From: Candidatus Hermodarchaeota archaeon
Lineage (GTDB): Archaea; Asgardarchaeota; Hermodarchaeia; Hermodarchaeales; Hermodarchaeaceae
Length of the DNA stretch: 23,507 bases
Assembly: GCA_016840065.1 (NCBI GenBank)
Contig: JAEOTB010000041.1
Coordinates: 1-23,507 of the forward strand
Reading direction: 5' to 3'
In this document: in pieces, positions 15,300 to 23,507 of the stretch
How the letters are laid out: each line of letters opens with the position of its first letter
How positions within the stretch are numbered: the stretch's first letter is position 1
Position numbers and translations under genes: made by a program
The notes under the pieces: generated by a model
What the model was told of the DNA's origin: nothing
The model's input: only the letters and a program-made list of their open reading frames with translations
The model's database searches: none

Positions 15300-17552
15300 A
15301 TGACAAAACCAATTCGACTAAGAGTAGTTTCGCTACCCAGCGATGAAGCAGGTCGCGGCATAGTCCGAATCGATCCAAAAGCTATGGAACACTTAGGTGT
15401 AACATCTGGTGATATTATTGAGGTACGCGGAAAGAAAACTACAGGAGCAAGAGTATGGCGTGGACAGTCCATCCAATCGGGTAGTGGAAAAATATTCATG
15501 GATGGATTGGTGCGAAGTAATGCAGGAGCAGGAATCGGAGATTTCGTCGATATCAGGAGAATAAATCCAGCTCCCGCTAAGCGAGTGGTACTTTCACCCG
15601 CTCAACGAGGCGTTCGAATCGTAGCTGATGGTAGGGCAGTTCGGCCTAGCTTAAACCAACGGCCAGTCATTGTGGGTGACATCATCAGTACAGCAAGCGC
15701 AGGACCATACCGAAGTAGTGGTTTCTCCCTCTTTGAGGCAGTAATACGCCAAGCTGGGGCACCGTTCGCTCTTGGTGAAATAAAATTCATTGTGACCCAA
15801 ACTTCACCAAAGGGAATCGTGAAAATATCTGAGGAGACAATCATCGAAATTAATCCCGAGGCAGTAGAAGAAGCCCAAAAAGCTCCCCTTGTAACCTATG
15901 AGGATATTGGAGGATTAGGTGAAGCAGTAGATAGGGTACGTGAGATGATAGAACTTCCACTGAAACACCCCGAGCTTTTCGACCGTTTAGGCATCGATCC
16001 ACCAAAGGGAGTTCTCCTTTACGGTCCTCCTGGAACAGGAAAAACCCTCCTCGCTCGTGCTGTTGCCAATGAATCAGACGCCCATTTCATAACGATAAAC
16101 GGTCCAGAAATAATGAGTAAATTCTATGGAGAATCCGAGAAGCGGCTTCGTGAGATATTCCAAAAAGCTGAACAACAAGCACCTAGCATAGTGTTCATAG
16201 ATGAAATTGACAGCATAGCACCAAAACGAGAAGACGTACAAGGAGAAGTAGAACGGCGCGTGGTCGCTCAGCTCCTTGCCTTAATGGATGGACTCCAAGG
16301 TCGAGGAAAGGTCATTGTCATCGCAGCGACGAACCGTCCAGAAGCCCTCGACCCCGCGCTGCGGCGTCCCGGACGCTTTGACAGAGAAATAGAGCTTCCA
16401 GTCCCTAATAGAAGTGGCCGCAAGGAAATTCTCCTTATTCACACACGTGGTATGCCTTTAACTAAAGATGTTGATCTTGACAAACTGGCTGACTCAACAC
16501 ATGGACACGTGGGTGCTGATCTCGCAGCCATAGCACGCGAAGCTGCCATGAACACTCTACGCAGGATTCTACCAAAGATAAAACTAGATGAGGATGTACC
16601 CCTTCCCCCTGCTCTATTGGAAGACCTCGAAGTCACCTCCGAAGACTTTGAAGAAGCCCTTCGAAGAGCTGAACCCTCTGCCATGCGTGAGGTATACTTG
16701 GAAATCCCCAAGGTATCCTGGGCTGATGTTGGAGGGCTCGAAGATGTAAAAGGCGAGCTTCGCGAAGCAGTGGAGTGGCCCCTGAAATACCCTGAGAAAT
16801 TCGATAAAGTAGGTGTCAGACCTCCAAAGGGGATACTTCTCATAGGACCACCAGGATGTGGTAAAACACTACTAGCTAAGGCTACGGCTACAGAAAGTGA
16901 GGCAAACTTCATCGCTATCCGTGGACCTGAAATCTTTAGTAAATGGGTTGGCGAGTCTGAGAAAGCAATTCGTAAGATTTTCCGTAAAGCACGGCAAGTG
17001 GCACCAAGCATAGTTTTCTTTGATGAATTAGATAGCCTTGCGCCTAAGCGTGGGCTATGGCAGGGCAGTCACGTTTACGAGTCTACTGTAAACCAATTAC
17101 TCGCGGAATTAGATGGAATGGAAGAGCTTCGCAACGTCGTTGTCATTGGTGCTACGAACAGACCCGAAATCATCGACCAAGCGCTGCTTCGACCTGGTCG
17201 ATTTGACATAATCATTCTGGTACCTCCACCGGATAAGCAGGCCCGTCTAGAGGTTCTCCGAGTTCACACCCGTGACATGCCTTTAGACAAGGATGTCGAC
17301 TTGGACAAAATCGCTAAAGAGACTGAAGAATACTCTGGTGCTGACCTTGCAAACCTCGTTCGCGAAGCAGGTATGGCAGCAATTCGCACCGAGAAAACCT
17401 TGACCAAGGTAAGAGCAAAGCACTTTGAAGCAGCTCTTGGAAAAATCCGTCCAAGCATCACATCTGAAATGATGAAGGCATATCAAGAAATGATCTCGAA
17501 GATGTCCACCCAACGAGATGCCATCGAAACCACTCCAAGCCCTTATACGTAG
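15300..17552 (+). CDS. cdc48: Cdc48/p97/VAT AAA+ ATPase
   Basis: N-domain ([14 protein letters not shown]). D1 has [22 protein letters not shown] and D2 has [19 protein letters not shown]. The C-terminal PYT has a penultimate Tyr (HbYX-like). Confidence 0.97.
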   Translation: MTKPIRLRVVSLPSDEAGRGIVRIDPKAMEHLGVTSGDIIEVRGKKTTGARVWRGQSIQSGSGKIFMDGLVRSNAGAGIGDFVDIRRINPAPAKRVVLSPAQRGVRIVADGRAVRPSLNQRPVIVGDIISTASAGPYRSSGFSLFEAVIRQAGAPFALGEIKFIVTQTSPKGIVKISEETIIEINPEAVEEAQKAPLVTYEDIGGLGEAVDRVREMIELPLKHPELFDRLGIDPPKGVLLYGPPGTGKTLLARAVANESDAHFITINGPEIMSKFYGESEKRLREIFQKAEQQAPSIVFIDEIDSIAPKREDVQGEVERRVVAQLLALMDGLQGRGKVIVIAATNRPEALDPALRRPGRFDREIELPVPNRSGRKEILLIHTRGMPLTKDVDLDKLADSTHGHVGADLAAIAREAAMNTLRRILPKIKLDEDVPLPPALLEDLEVTSEDFEEALRRAEPSAMREVYLEIPKVSWADVGGLEDVKGELREAVEWPLKYPEKFDKVGVRPPKGILLIGPPGCGKTLLAKATATESEANFIAIRGPEIFSKWVGESEKAIRKIFRKARQVAPSIVFFDELDSLAPKRGLWQGSHVYESTVNQLLAELDGMEELRNVVVIGATNRPEIIDQALLRPGRFDIIILVPPPDKQARLEVLRVHTRDMPLDKDVDLDKIAKETEEYSGADLANLVREAGMAAIRTEKTLTKVRAKHFEAALGKIRPSITSEMMKAYQEMISKMSTQRDAIETTPSPYT

Positions 17553-17561
17553 AATTCCCGA

Positions 17562-17598
17562 GACCGGCTTGTTTTGAGCCGGTCCACCCATCTTTTTT
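17562..17598 (+). terminator. Hairpin plus T-tract terminator after cdc48
   Basis: GACCGGCTT-gtttt-GAGCCGGTC (17562-17584), then TTTTTT at 17593-17598. Confidence 0.6.
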
Positions 17599-17622
17599 CG
17601 ACGCGCTTCTGCTGTTCTGTGG

Positions 17623-17729
17623 TTATATAAAGTTTATAAAGACAGACCTCTCTTATGGAGTCAGCCTTTTAAATGATTTAAAAAGCTTATAAGCGCATCG
17701 AGAAGTAACGCGCCACCTGGAGGACCTCC
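17623..17729 (+). promoter_or_regulatory. tbp upstream region with several TATA-like boxes and RBS
   Basis: TTATATAA 17623, TTTATAAA 17633, TTTTAAAT 17667, TTTAAAAA 17677, CTTATAAG 17686 and GGAGGA 17719. Confidence 0.55.
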
Positions 17730-17730
17730 C

Positions 17731-18282
17731 ATGCCACAGCGGCCGAAATACAAAATTGAGAATGTTGTAGCGTCGGTTGAAGTCGACGCAAAAATCGACT
17801 TGAACCTACTAGCTCGAAAACAGAGAGACGCCGAATACAATCCAGAGCAGTTCCCTGGGTTGATGCTCCGAGTAAAGAATCCAAAGGCCACAATCCTTGT
17901 ATTCAATTCGGGTCGGATGGTCATCACTGGGCTCCGTAGGGAAAGCGAGGCGGAACGGGCTGTTGAAACAGTTATCGAAAAAATCCGAGCAGCTGGTATT
18001 ACTGTCTCAGGTGTACCAAAGATAACAATACAGAACATCGTAGCAAGCGGGGATCTCCACAGCCGTGTTGATCTAGATATGGCGCAGATGTCCCTCGAGA
18101 GATGCCTCTACGAACCTGAGGTATTTCCAGGTCTTATTTACAGAATGAGGGACCCAAAGGCAGTCTTTCTAATTTTCAGTAGTGGCAGGATAGTCTGTGC
18201 AGGCACCAACAAAGAGTCAATAACTCGGAAAGCAATCTTCCTCTTAGCCAAGCATATGAGGTCACTGGGTCTCATAGAGTAG
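17731..18282 (+). CDS. tbp: TATA-box-binding protein
   Basis: Two TBP repeats: IENVVAS...EYNPEQFPGL...LVFNSGRMVITG and IQNIVAS...YEPEVFPGLIYRM...LIFSSGRIVCAG. Confidence 0.98.
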   Translation: MPQRPKYKIENVVASVEVDAKIDLNLLARKQRDAEYNPEQFPGLMLRVKNPKATILVFNSGRMVITGLRRESEAERAVETVIEKIRAAGITVSGVPKITIQNIVASGDLHSRVDLDMAQMSLERCLYEPEVFPGLIYRMRDPKAVFLIFSSGRIVCAGTNKESITRKAIFLLAKHMRSLGLIE

Positions 18283-18442
18283 AAGCACCAATTGCCCTAC
18301 CGTGTGGGGCGGCAAGACTGAACAACTTCAACATCATCTAAAAACCAACCCTTTGCCTGCAGCCTAATAACAACTGATTCACATGAAATAGTTGCCACTA
18401 GGGAATCGCTGAACACGCTATCTGGTCCCAAGACTGAGTTCG

Positions 18443-18814
18443 CTATTCCTTAGGGTCCTCAGAGACAACTATCTGACCCTTTGGAGTGAAGCAGGCTAGC
18501 TCGAACTCGGTAGTGAATTCGATGGCCTTTGCAGGACAATGGGCTTCACAAGTACCACAGAAAATGCACCGACTAAGGTCAAACTCTGGTTTCTTCTTGG
18601 TCTTAGTCTTGGTCGATGGAATCATTTCAATGGCGGCGGCGGGGCAGTCTTTCTTACACAGACTGCAGCCTCTGCATTTCTCAATGTCATGCTTCATCTT
18701 ACCCCGCACACGCTCTGGCCTGACTGCCGGCTCGAAGGGGTAGCGGATAGTAGCGGTCTTGCGGCTTAGAACCGTCCTAAGAACTTCTCCTTGCATTGCA
18801 CCTGGTCGTGGCAT
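18443..18814 (-). CDS. NuoI-like 2x[4Fe-4S] subunit of complex I-like / group 4 hydrogenase
   Basis: ATIRYPFE, RG, CRGCSLCKKDCP, CIFCGTCEAHCP and EFELA. The start is likely ATG 18814, 1 nt after the nuoH-like stop; 18829 is an alternative. Confidence 0.9.
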   Translation of the reverse strand: MPRPGAMQGEVLRTVLSRKTATIRYPFEPAVRPERVRGKMKHDIEKCRGCSLCKKDCPAAAIEMIPSTKTKTKKKPEFDLSRCIFCGTCEAHCPAKAIEFTTEFELACFTPKGQIVVSEDPKE

Positions 18815-18815
18815 A

Positions 18816-19919
18816 TTAAATCCATCCAATTATTGTTAGTATTTGTGGCCATAGCGCTACTAGGACCAGCATTAGAAGGCTGAAGGGAATCACCCATTTC
18901 CAGCTAGTTCGTACCACTTGGTCAATTCGCCAGCGGGCGACCAACGCTTTCATATTGGACAATAGAAGTACAATGAAAGTCGTTTTTAGCAAGAACCAGA
19001 AGGTGTAGTAGAGGACTGTTGGGATGTTGTAGAGGAGATATGGGAGCCCCAGTGGAATAGTTAGGAAGAACAGTGGTGTGCTACCGATGACAGTTGCGTA
19101 GTCAAGGCCTGTGAGAGCAACTAGGAGCATCTCGGGTCCAAGAGGGCCTCCAAGGAAGACGGCGCTGGCTAATCCTGCTCCCAGCAGGACCTCAAGGTTG
19201 TTTGCTAGGCGGAAGAAGGCGAATTTCTTACCAGAGTACTCAGTTTCCCAGCCTGCCACAATCTCTGTCTCGGCGATGGGTGTATCGAAGGGAAGGCGCT
19301 CGGCTTCAGCTTGAACAGCAATCAGAAAGACAACAAAGAGACCCATGAAGGGCAGACAGAATATGAGGGGGATTCCAAGAGTCATCTGATAGATAACGAC
19401 CCCAGAAAGGCTTAGACTACCAGCAACTATACCCGCTGCAAAAAGGGCGAGTAGAAGGGGAATCTCATAGGCAAGCATCTGAATGACGCCACGAACCGCC
19501 CCGGTAAAACCGAACCGGTTAGATGAGGCCCAACCCGCCAGGAAAAGAGTCATCGAAAAAATCGTGCTCATGAAACCAATAATCAGAAGGTCACCTTCAA
19601 AGAACAGGACCCCAGTGACACCCATAATAGGTACCAGCATCAAGGTCAAGAAGGGAATGGTCAACGCAAGGATTGGGGTCATAGTGAACCCAATCTTATC
19701 AGCGGCAGCAGGTGTCACGTCCTCCTTCGCCATCAACTTAACAAAGTCAGCGAAGGGCTGCAGGATTCCCCGCCATCCAGTGTGGATGGGACCTAAGCGG
19801 TGTTGCTGGTCAGCATAGAATTTGCGGTCCACCCACTCAAGATAGAAGGAATAGAACATCAGGAATAGGATTCCTGGGAAAATAAGAACCATCAGGATAA
19901 ACGTAATCAGATCAAGCAC
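18816..19919 (-). CDS. NuoH/ND1-like membrane subunit of complex I-like / group 4 hydrogenase
   Basis: WVDRKFYA..QHRLGP, GILQPFADFVKLMAKE, GWASSNRF, YEIP, ERLPFD, AETEIVAGWETEYSG and RWRIDQ, with multiple TM helices. Confidence 0.94.
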   Translation of the reverse strand: MLDLITFILMVLIFPGILFLMFYSFYLEWVDRKFYADQQHRLGPIHTGWRGILQPFADFVKLMAKEDVTPAAADKIGFTMTPILALTIPFLTLMLVPIMGVTGVLFFEGDLLIIGFMSTIFSMTLFLAGWASSNRFGFTGAVRGVIQMLAYEIPLLLALFAAGIVAGSLSLSGVVIYQMTLGIPLIFCLPFMGLFVVFLIAVQAEAERLPFDTPIAETEIVAGWETEYSGKKFAFFRLANNLEVLLGAGLASAVFLGGPLGPEMLLVALTGLDYATVIGSTPLFFLTIPLGLPYLLYNIPTVLYYTFWFLLKTTFIVLLLSNMKALVARWRIDQVVRTSWKWVIPFSLLMLVLVALWPQILTIIGWI

Positions 19920-20083
19920 TGTTGCGCACTTCCTTAGAGATACAACTATGCTGAACTTCTTCTAAAAAAAGCTTTTACCTCGGTCAAAAAAAGGCGCTAA
20001 CTGACTTGGAGAAGCACCGAACCTTGAAAATAACCATAATTGAAGCCAAGCCTTATGTGCCAGAATTGAGTAATTAAGAACCT

Positions 20084-21649
20084 ATGAGCTTCGTAGAAGC
20101 GGCTGCGAAGATCGCCTATGAGAGATTGTGTAAACCCTTTTTGAAGAGGCTAGAGGACCCCCCAGCCGCTCAAGAGGAGTGCCTGCTGAAAATCCTGAAA
20201 CGATGCAAAGGAACGGTTTTCGGCAAGCGTCACGGCTTTGCTGACATTAAAACAATCGAGGAATACCAGCGCAGGGTGCCAGTCAGCACCTATGAAGACA
20301 TGGAGCCCTACATTGCCCGATGTATGAAGGGAGAGCAAAATATCCTGTTCCCTGACAGAATTATGTATTTCGTACAATCTTCCGGAACCACAGCGGACAG
20401 AAAGTATTATCCTCTAGGCGAATATCGTGCAAGGCAGCACGGGAGTGAAATAATCAGGAGGAGACTCTTCTACACAGTACATGGAAATTATTATGATTTA
20501 GGAGACGGTGCAACCGTTACTCTACACGAGCCACCATTATCAGGAGATAAGTGCGGCATCTATGATGTGATAAATGGAACACATGTCGCAACAATGGAAC
20601 TGCAGACACAGCGCTTTGGAGGCTCTAGAGCAGTAGAAGATAGACTAACCATCCCGCCCCCTGAAGTCATTGCACTACGCGATTGGGAAGAGAAAACCTA
20701 TCTCGCCGCGCGCCATGCGGTCGCAGCCGATGTCCGGAGAATTATCGGGGTGTCCTCCCTCATGTCCTCATTTCTCAGAAAAATCAGCCTCCACTTCTAT
20801 GATAGGCTAATGGCAGACCCAGAACTGGATAATAGGACCAAGAACAGGCTCCAGCGAGTATCCAAGAACGGAGTCATCAATCTCAGTGAACTGTGGCCCA
20901 ACTTCACCATCTTTTGTGGCGGCGGGGTATCCATCACCCCTTACAGACGAATCATCCGCAACCTCTTGGGAGATATCGAAATCTGGAACATATACGGGGC
21001 AATCGAAGCAACAATGGGGGACCAACTCTACCCTAACGGAGGAATCGTACCAGCAATTGACCTAACCTTCCTCGAATTCCAACCAGAAGGCAAAGATACC
21101 GAGCCTGTACCACTCAGCGACGTCAAAATCAACACACCCTACCGAGTCCTAGTCACAAACCACGCCGGCTTCTACCGCTACGAACTCGGCGACATAGTCA
21201 CTCTTGCCGCCCTGGACCCCCCCGAATACGGAGAAATCACACGACTAAAAACACTAGTCAACATCGTCGGCGAACGAACACGAGAGGAAATGCTCCTCCG
21301 TGCCCTCGACCACGCCTGCGAGAAACAGCACACCACCTACACCGAATTCGCCCTACTACCAGAGGTCACCACAACGATCACCCGCTACCAACTATTCATC
21401 GAATTCACCCAAATCCCCACCGACCTCGAAAAACTCGCCAACGACATCGACACCCACCTAAGAAGCCTCGGCATCTACTACGACTACTTCCGACAAAACG
21501 GCACCCTCTCACCCCCCCACATAGTACCCGTCAAACCAGGAGGCTTCCAAACCCTACTACAAAAACTCGGAAAAGACCCCCTACACAGCAAAGTCCCCCG
21601 CATCCTAACCCCCCAAACCAGCCAACTAATCCCACAATCCACTGCCTAA
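20084..21649 (+). CDS. GH3-family acyl-acid amido synthetase-like adenylating enzyme
   Basis: QEECLLKIL, TVFG, VPVSTYED, SSGTT, YGAIEA, FLEF, GFYRYELGD and KVPR. Confidence 0.9.
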   Translation: MSFVEAAAKIAYERLCKPFLKRLEDPPAAQEECLLKILKRCKGTVFGKRHGFADIKTIEEYQRRVPVSTYEDMEPYIARCMKGEQNILFPDRIMYFVQSSGTTADRKYYPLGEYRARQHGSEIIRRRLFYTVHGNYYDLGDGATVTLHEPPLSGDKCGIYDVINGTHVATMELQTQRFGGSRAVEDRLTIPPPEVIALRDWEEKTYLAARHAVAADVRRIIGVSSLMSSFLRKISLHFYDRLMADPELDNRTKNRLQRVSKNGVINLSELWPNFTIFCGGGVSITPYRRIIRNLLGDIEIWNIYGAIEATMGDQLYPNGGIVPAIDLTFLEFQPEGKDTEPVPLSDVKINTPYRVLVTNHAGFYRYELGDIVTLAALDPPEYGEITRLKTLVNIVGERTREEMLLRALDHACEKQHTTYTEFALLPEVTTTITRYQLFIEFTQIPTDLEKLANDIDTHLRSLGIYYDYFRQNGTLSPPHIVPVKPGGFQTLLQKLGKDPLHSKVPRILTPQTSQLIPQSTA

Positions 21650-21654
21650 CAAAC

Positions 21655-21674
21655 GAGTGAGAAACAACTCACCC
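21655..21674 (-). terminator. Hairpin with T-rich tail ending minus-strand transcription
   Basis: The minus strand reads GGGTGAG-ttgttt-CTCACTC followed by GTTTGTT, between convergent genes. Confidence 0.35.
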
Positions 21675-21852
21675 AAACAGGTCAAGACAACCAGCTAACG
21701 ACGCCACGCCTTCTCAGCAAACCGCCGCTCACGACTCTCCGCACTAAACTTCTCCCAACTAATCTCTTCACGACGACCACGAGCATCAGTAAGGATAGCC
21801 CTATCAGTCCACGAAAAACAGGAGAATAGAAGAATCCAGCCAATTTAATTCG

Positions 21853-23409
21853 TTACGAATGCTCACTTTCCGTGTCTTCACGTATCCTCTCTAAGGCTCT
21901 TGTTGCTGCCCGTCGAACCGACTCGTTTTCATCCTTTGACGCTATAACTATTCGCGCAATTACCTGTTCATCTCGAGTTCTACATAGGGCTGCTTCAACA
22001 AAAGAACCGAACTCTTCGTCTTCACGTACTAGGTCAAAAAGCGCCTCTACTAGTTCAACACTAATAGTGAAGGTCTTGCCTACATATTCGATAATCTCAA
22101 AGCTGGCAGGAGTATCACGTTCTCTCATCCCCAGCTCGAATGCTACTAGTTCACGGATGCGAAGATTTGAACCTGCTAAGCAACGAATTAGATGGGGCAG
22201 CAGCCTCTCAAACCCAATATCCACAGGAAAATACTCATCAAGGGGTTTCTCTTCAGAAAGCGTAATCTTAACTAGAAACCCGATCAGACGCTTCTCCAGA
22301 TTTTTGTCTTTGATTTCCCGTTTCTTGACAATCAAGGAGAGGATGTTTATTATTGCTGACCGACGACTTGGACTCTCCCAGGTTAGGCTGCTTCCTTCAG
22401 CAACATCTAGGAGCGCTTCTGCTGCAGGTTCACCGATAGACACCAGTCCATCTATTATTATATTCTCAGCCATTTGTGAACTGTATTCAACGGCTTCATA
22501 TACCCGGTCCAGCACTTCGATGAGAGTGTCAATCGCCGGTACGCCAATGCTGACCAGCGCGCGTACCGCCTCGTCTCGAGTTTGGCGACCGAGACGGGCA
22601 TCCTGAGGTTCAAAACGTCTATGCGACACTACAAGGGGCGTATCCACCGCCCTCGCCAAAGCATCGATGGCAGCTTCCCCTAAAAGCGAGGCTTCTTCCC
22701 ACTTATGCGCTGCGACATACCACAACGCGCGCTCCGCATCTCCTTTTGGCTTCCACCCCAACCGATGCAGCGCTGTAGCCGCTTTCAATCGAGTGCCTTC
22801 ATCCCGGCTTTGCAAGGAGGGTCTAATCAGTTCCACAGCCCGTTTATCACCGATTAATCCCATCACTTCTATCAAGACGGTTTTTAGAACCCGACTCTCC
22901 GTATTCTTGAAGGCTTCGAGAAGTAAATCAACATCATCCCCACGCGCGGCACTCAAAATATCCACCACAAAAGCAACACGTGTCCCCTCCATCACTGCCC
23001 TGAGGGTAGCTCTCACAGCAGGAGACCCAAACGACTTGAACACCTCCACCGCCCAACGCCGCTCCTCCTCCCCTGAAAACTCAGGGTCCTCCTCCCCATA
23101 CGGGTACCCCCGTACACTCGGCGCCTCCCAAGAGATCAACACTAAAAACGAATCCACCGCAGCGTCCACGCCCCCCTCAATCATCCCCAACGCATCCACA
23201 ACACTATCCAGAACACCCCCAGACCGGCCAATCTCCTTCAACGCTTCAACAAGCACCTCGACCGCCTGACCTGTACCCAACTCCCCCAACGCCCGAGCCG
23301 CCGCCCCACGCACCACCAAGTCATCCCGGAAACACAGCGCCCGACCCAAACCCCTGTAATCCTTCGACGCCTTCAACGCACCCACATCAGGAGACTCCCG
23401 AGAACTCAT
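21853..23409 (-). CDS. HEAT-repeat (PBS lyase-like) protein
   Basis: Repeated VRxxAAxALGxxG...AVxxLxxAL units (VRGAAARALGELG, TRLKAATALHRLG, TRDEAVRALVSIG, VRRAATRAL). Confidence 0.88.
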   Translation of the reverse strand: MSSRESPDVGALKASKDYRGLGRALCFRDDLVVRGAAARALGELGTGQAVEVLVEALKEIGRSGGVLDSVVDALGMIEGGVDAAVDSFLVLISWEAPSVRGYPYGEEDPEFSGEEERRWAVEVFKSFGSPAVRATLRAVMEGTRVAFVVDILSAARGDDVDLLLEAFKNTESRVLKTVLIEVMGLIGDKRAVELIRPSLQSRDEGTRLKAATALHRLGWKPKGDAERALWYVAAHKWEEASLLGEAAIDALARAVDTPLVVSHRRFEPQDARLGRQTRDEAVRALVSIGVPAIDTLIEVLDRVYEAVEYSSQMAENIIIDGLVSIGEPAAEALLDVAEGSSLTWESPSRRSAIINILSLIVKKREIKDKNLEKRLIGFLVKITLSEEKPLDEYFPVDIGFERLLPHLIRCLAGSNLRIRELVAFELGMRERDTPASFEIIEYVGKTFTISVELVEALFDLVREDEEFGSFVEAALCRTRDEQVIARIVIASKDENESVRRAATRALERIREDTESEHS

Positions 23410-23507
23410 ACAATCACCCCAACCACTACCCTACCACCCGATAAAAGAATTCTGCCCAACCAGAGCGACAGCTACCCCACAAAGAGGAAAGGAGCAAGGG
23501 CAACAAC

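Noticed and set aside
16439-17011. 190-aa minus-strand ORF within cdc48 (likewise the antisense ORFs in ppdK and 17661..18038 over tbp)
   Set aside because: Antisense shadows of conserved genes.
21872-23269. 244-aa and 200-aa + strand ORFs
   Set aside because: Ser/Thr-rich mirror frames of the HEAT gene, favoured by the A+C skew that depletes stop codons.
1-23507. tRNA, rRNA, CRISPR array, transposase/integrase, defence system
   Set aside because: No cloverleaf, repeat-spacer periodicity, terminal inverted repeats or relevant protein motifs were seen by eye.

Overview
Gene-dense archaeal chromosomal window. The evidence is TBP, Cdc48, NOP2/NIP7-type genes, TATA/BRE promoters and GGTGA/GGAGG ribosome-binding sites. 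It holds 21 credible CDS: a DHDPS-family aldolase (cut by the left edge), a U32-like TIM barrel, a DSD1-type PLP enzyme, an RNA m5C methyltransferase with a PUA partner, a beta-CASP nuclease, a helical-repeat/Ig protein, a GlmU-like protein, a stand-alone Lrp RAM domain, PPDK, a HemK-type methyltransferase, a coiled-coil/Pro-rich protein, family-4 UDG, a surface glycoprotein, PadR, Cdc48, TBP, an isolated NuoH+NuoI pair, a GH3 ligase and a HEAT-repeat protein. I saw no tRNA, rRNA, CRISPR array or mobile element. Three things stand out. (1) A 165-aa protein laid out like a minimal WASH/WAVE/VASP actin regulator (12622..13119). (2) An unannotated H/ACA guide RNA with its own promoter and a plausible 23S rRNA target (about 1955..2046). 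(3) An alpha-SNAP-like solenoid fused to two Ig-like domains with a polybasic tail (6121..7395). These eukaryote-like proteins suggest an Asgard archaeon, which is an inference. All alignments were made by eye against sequences recalled from memory and need computational confirmation.
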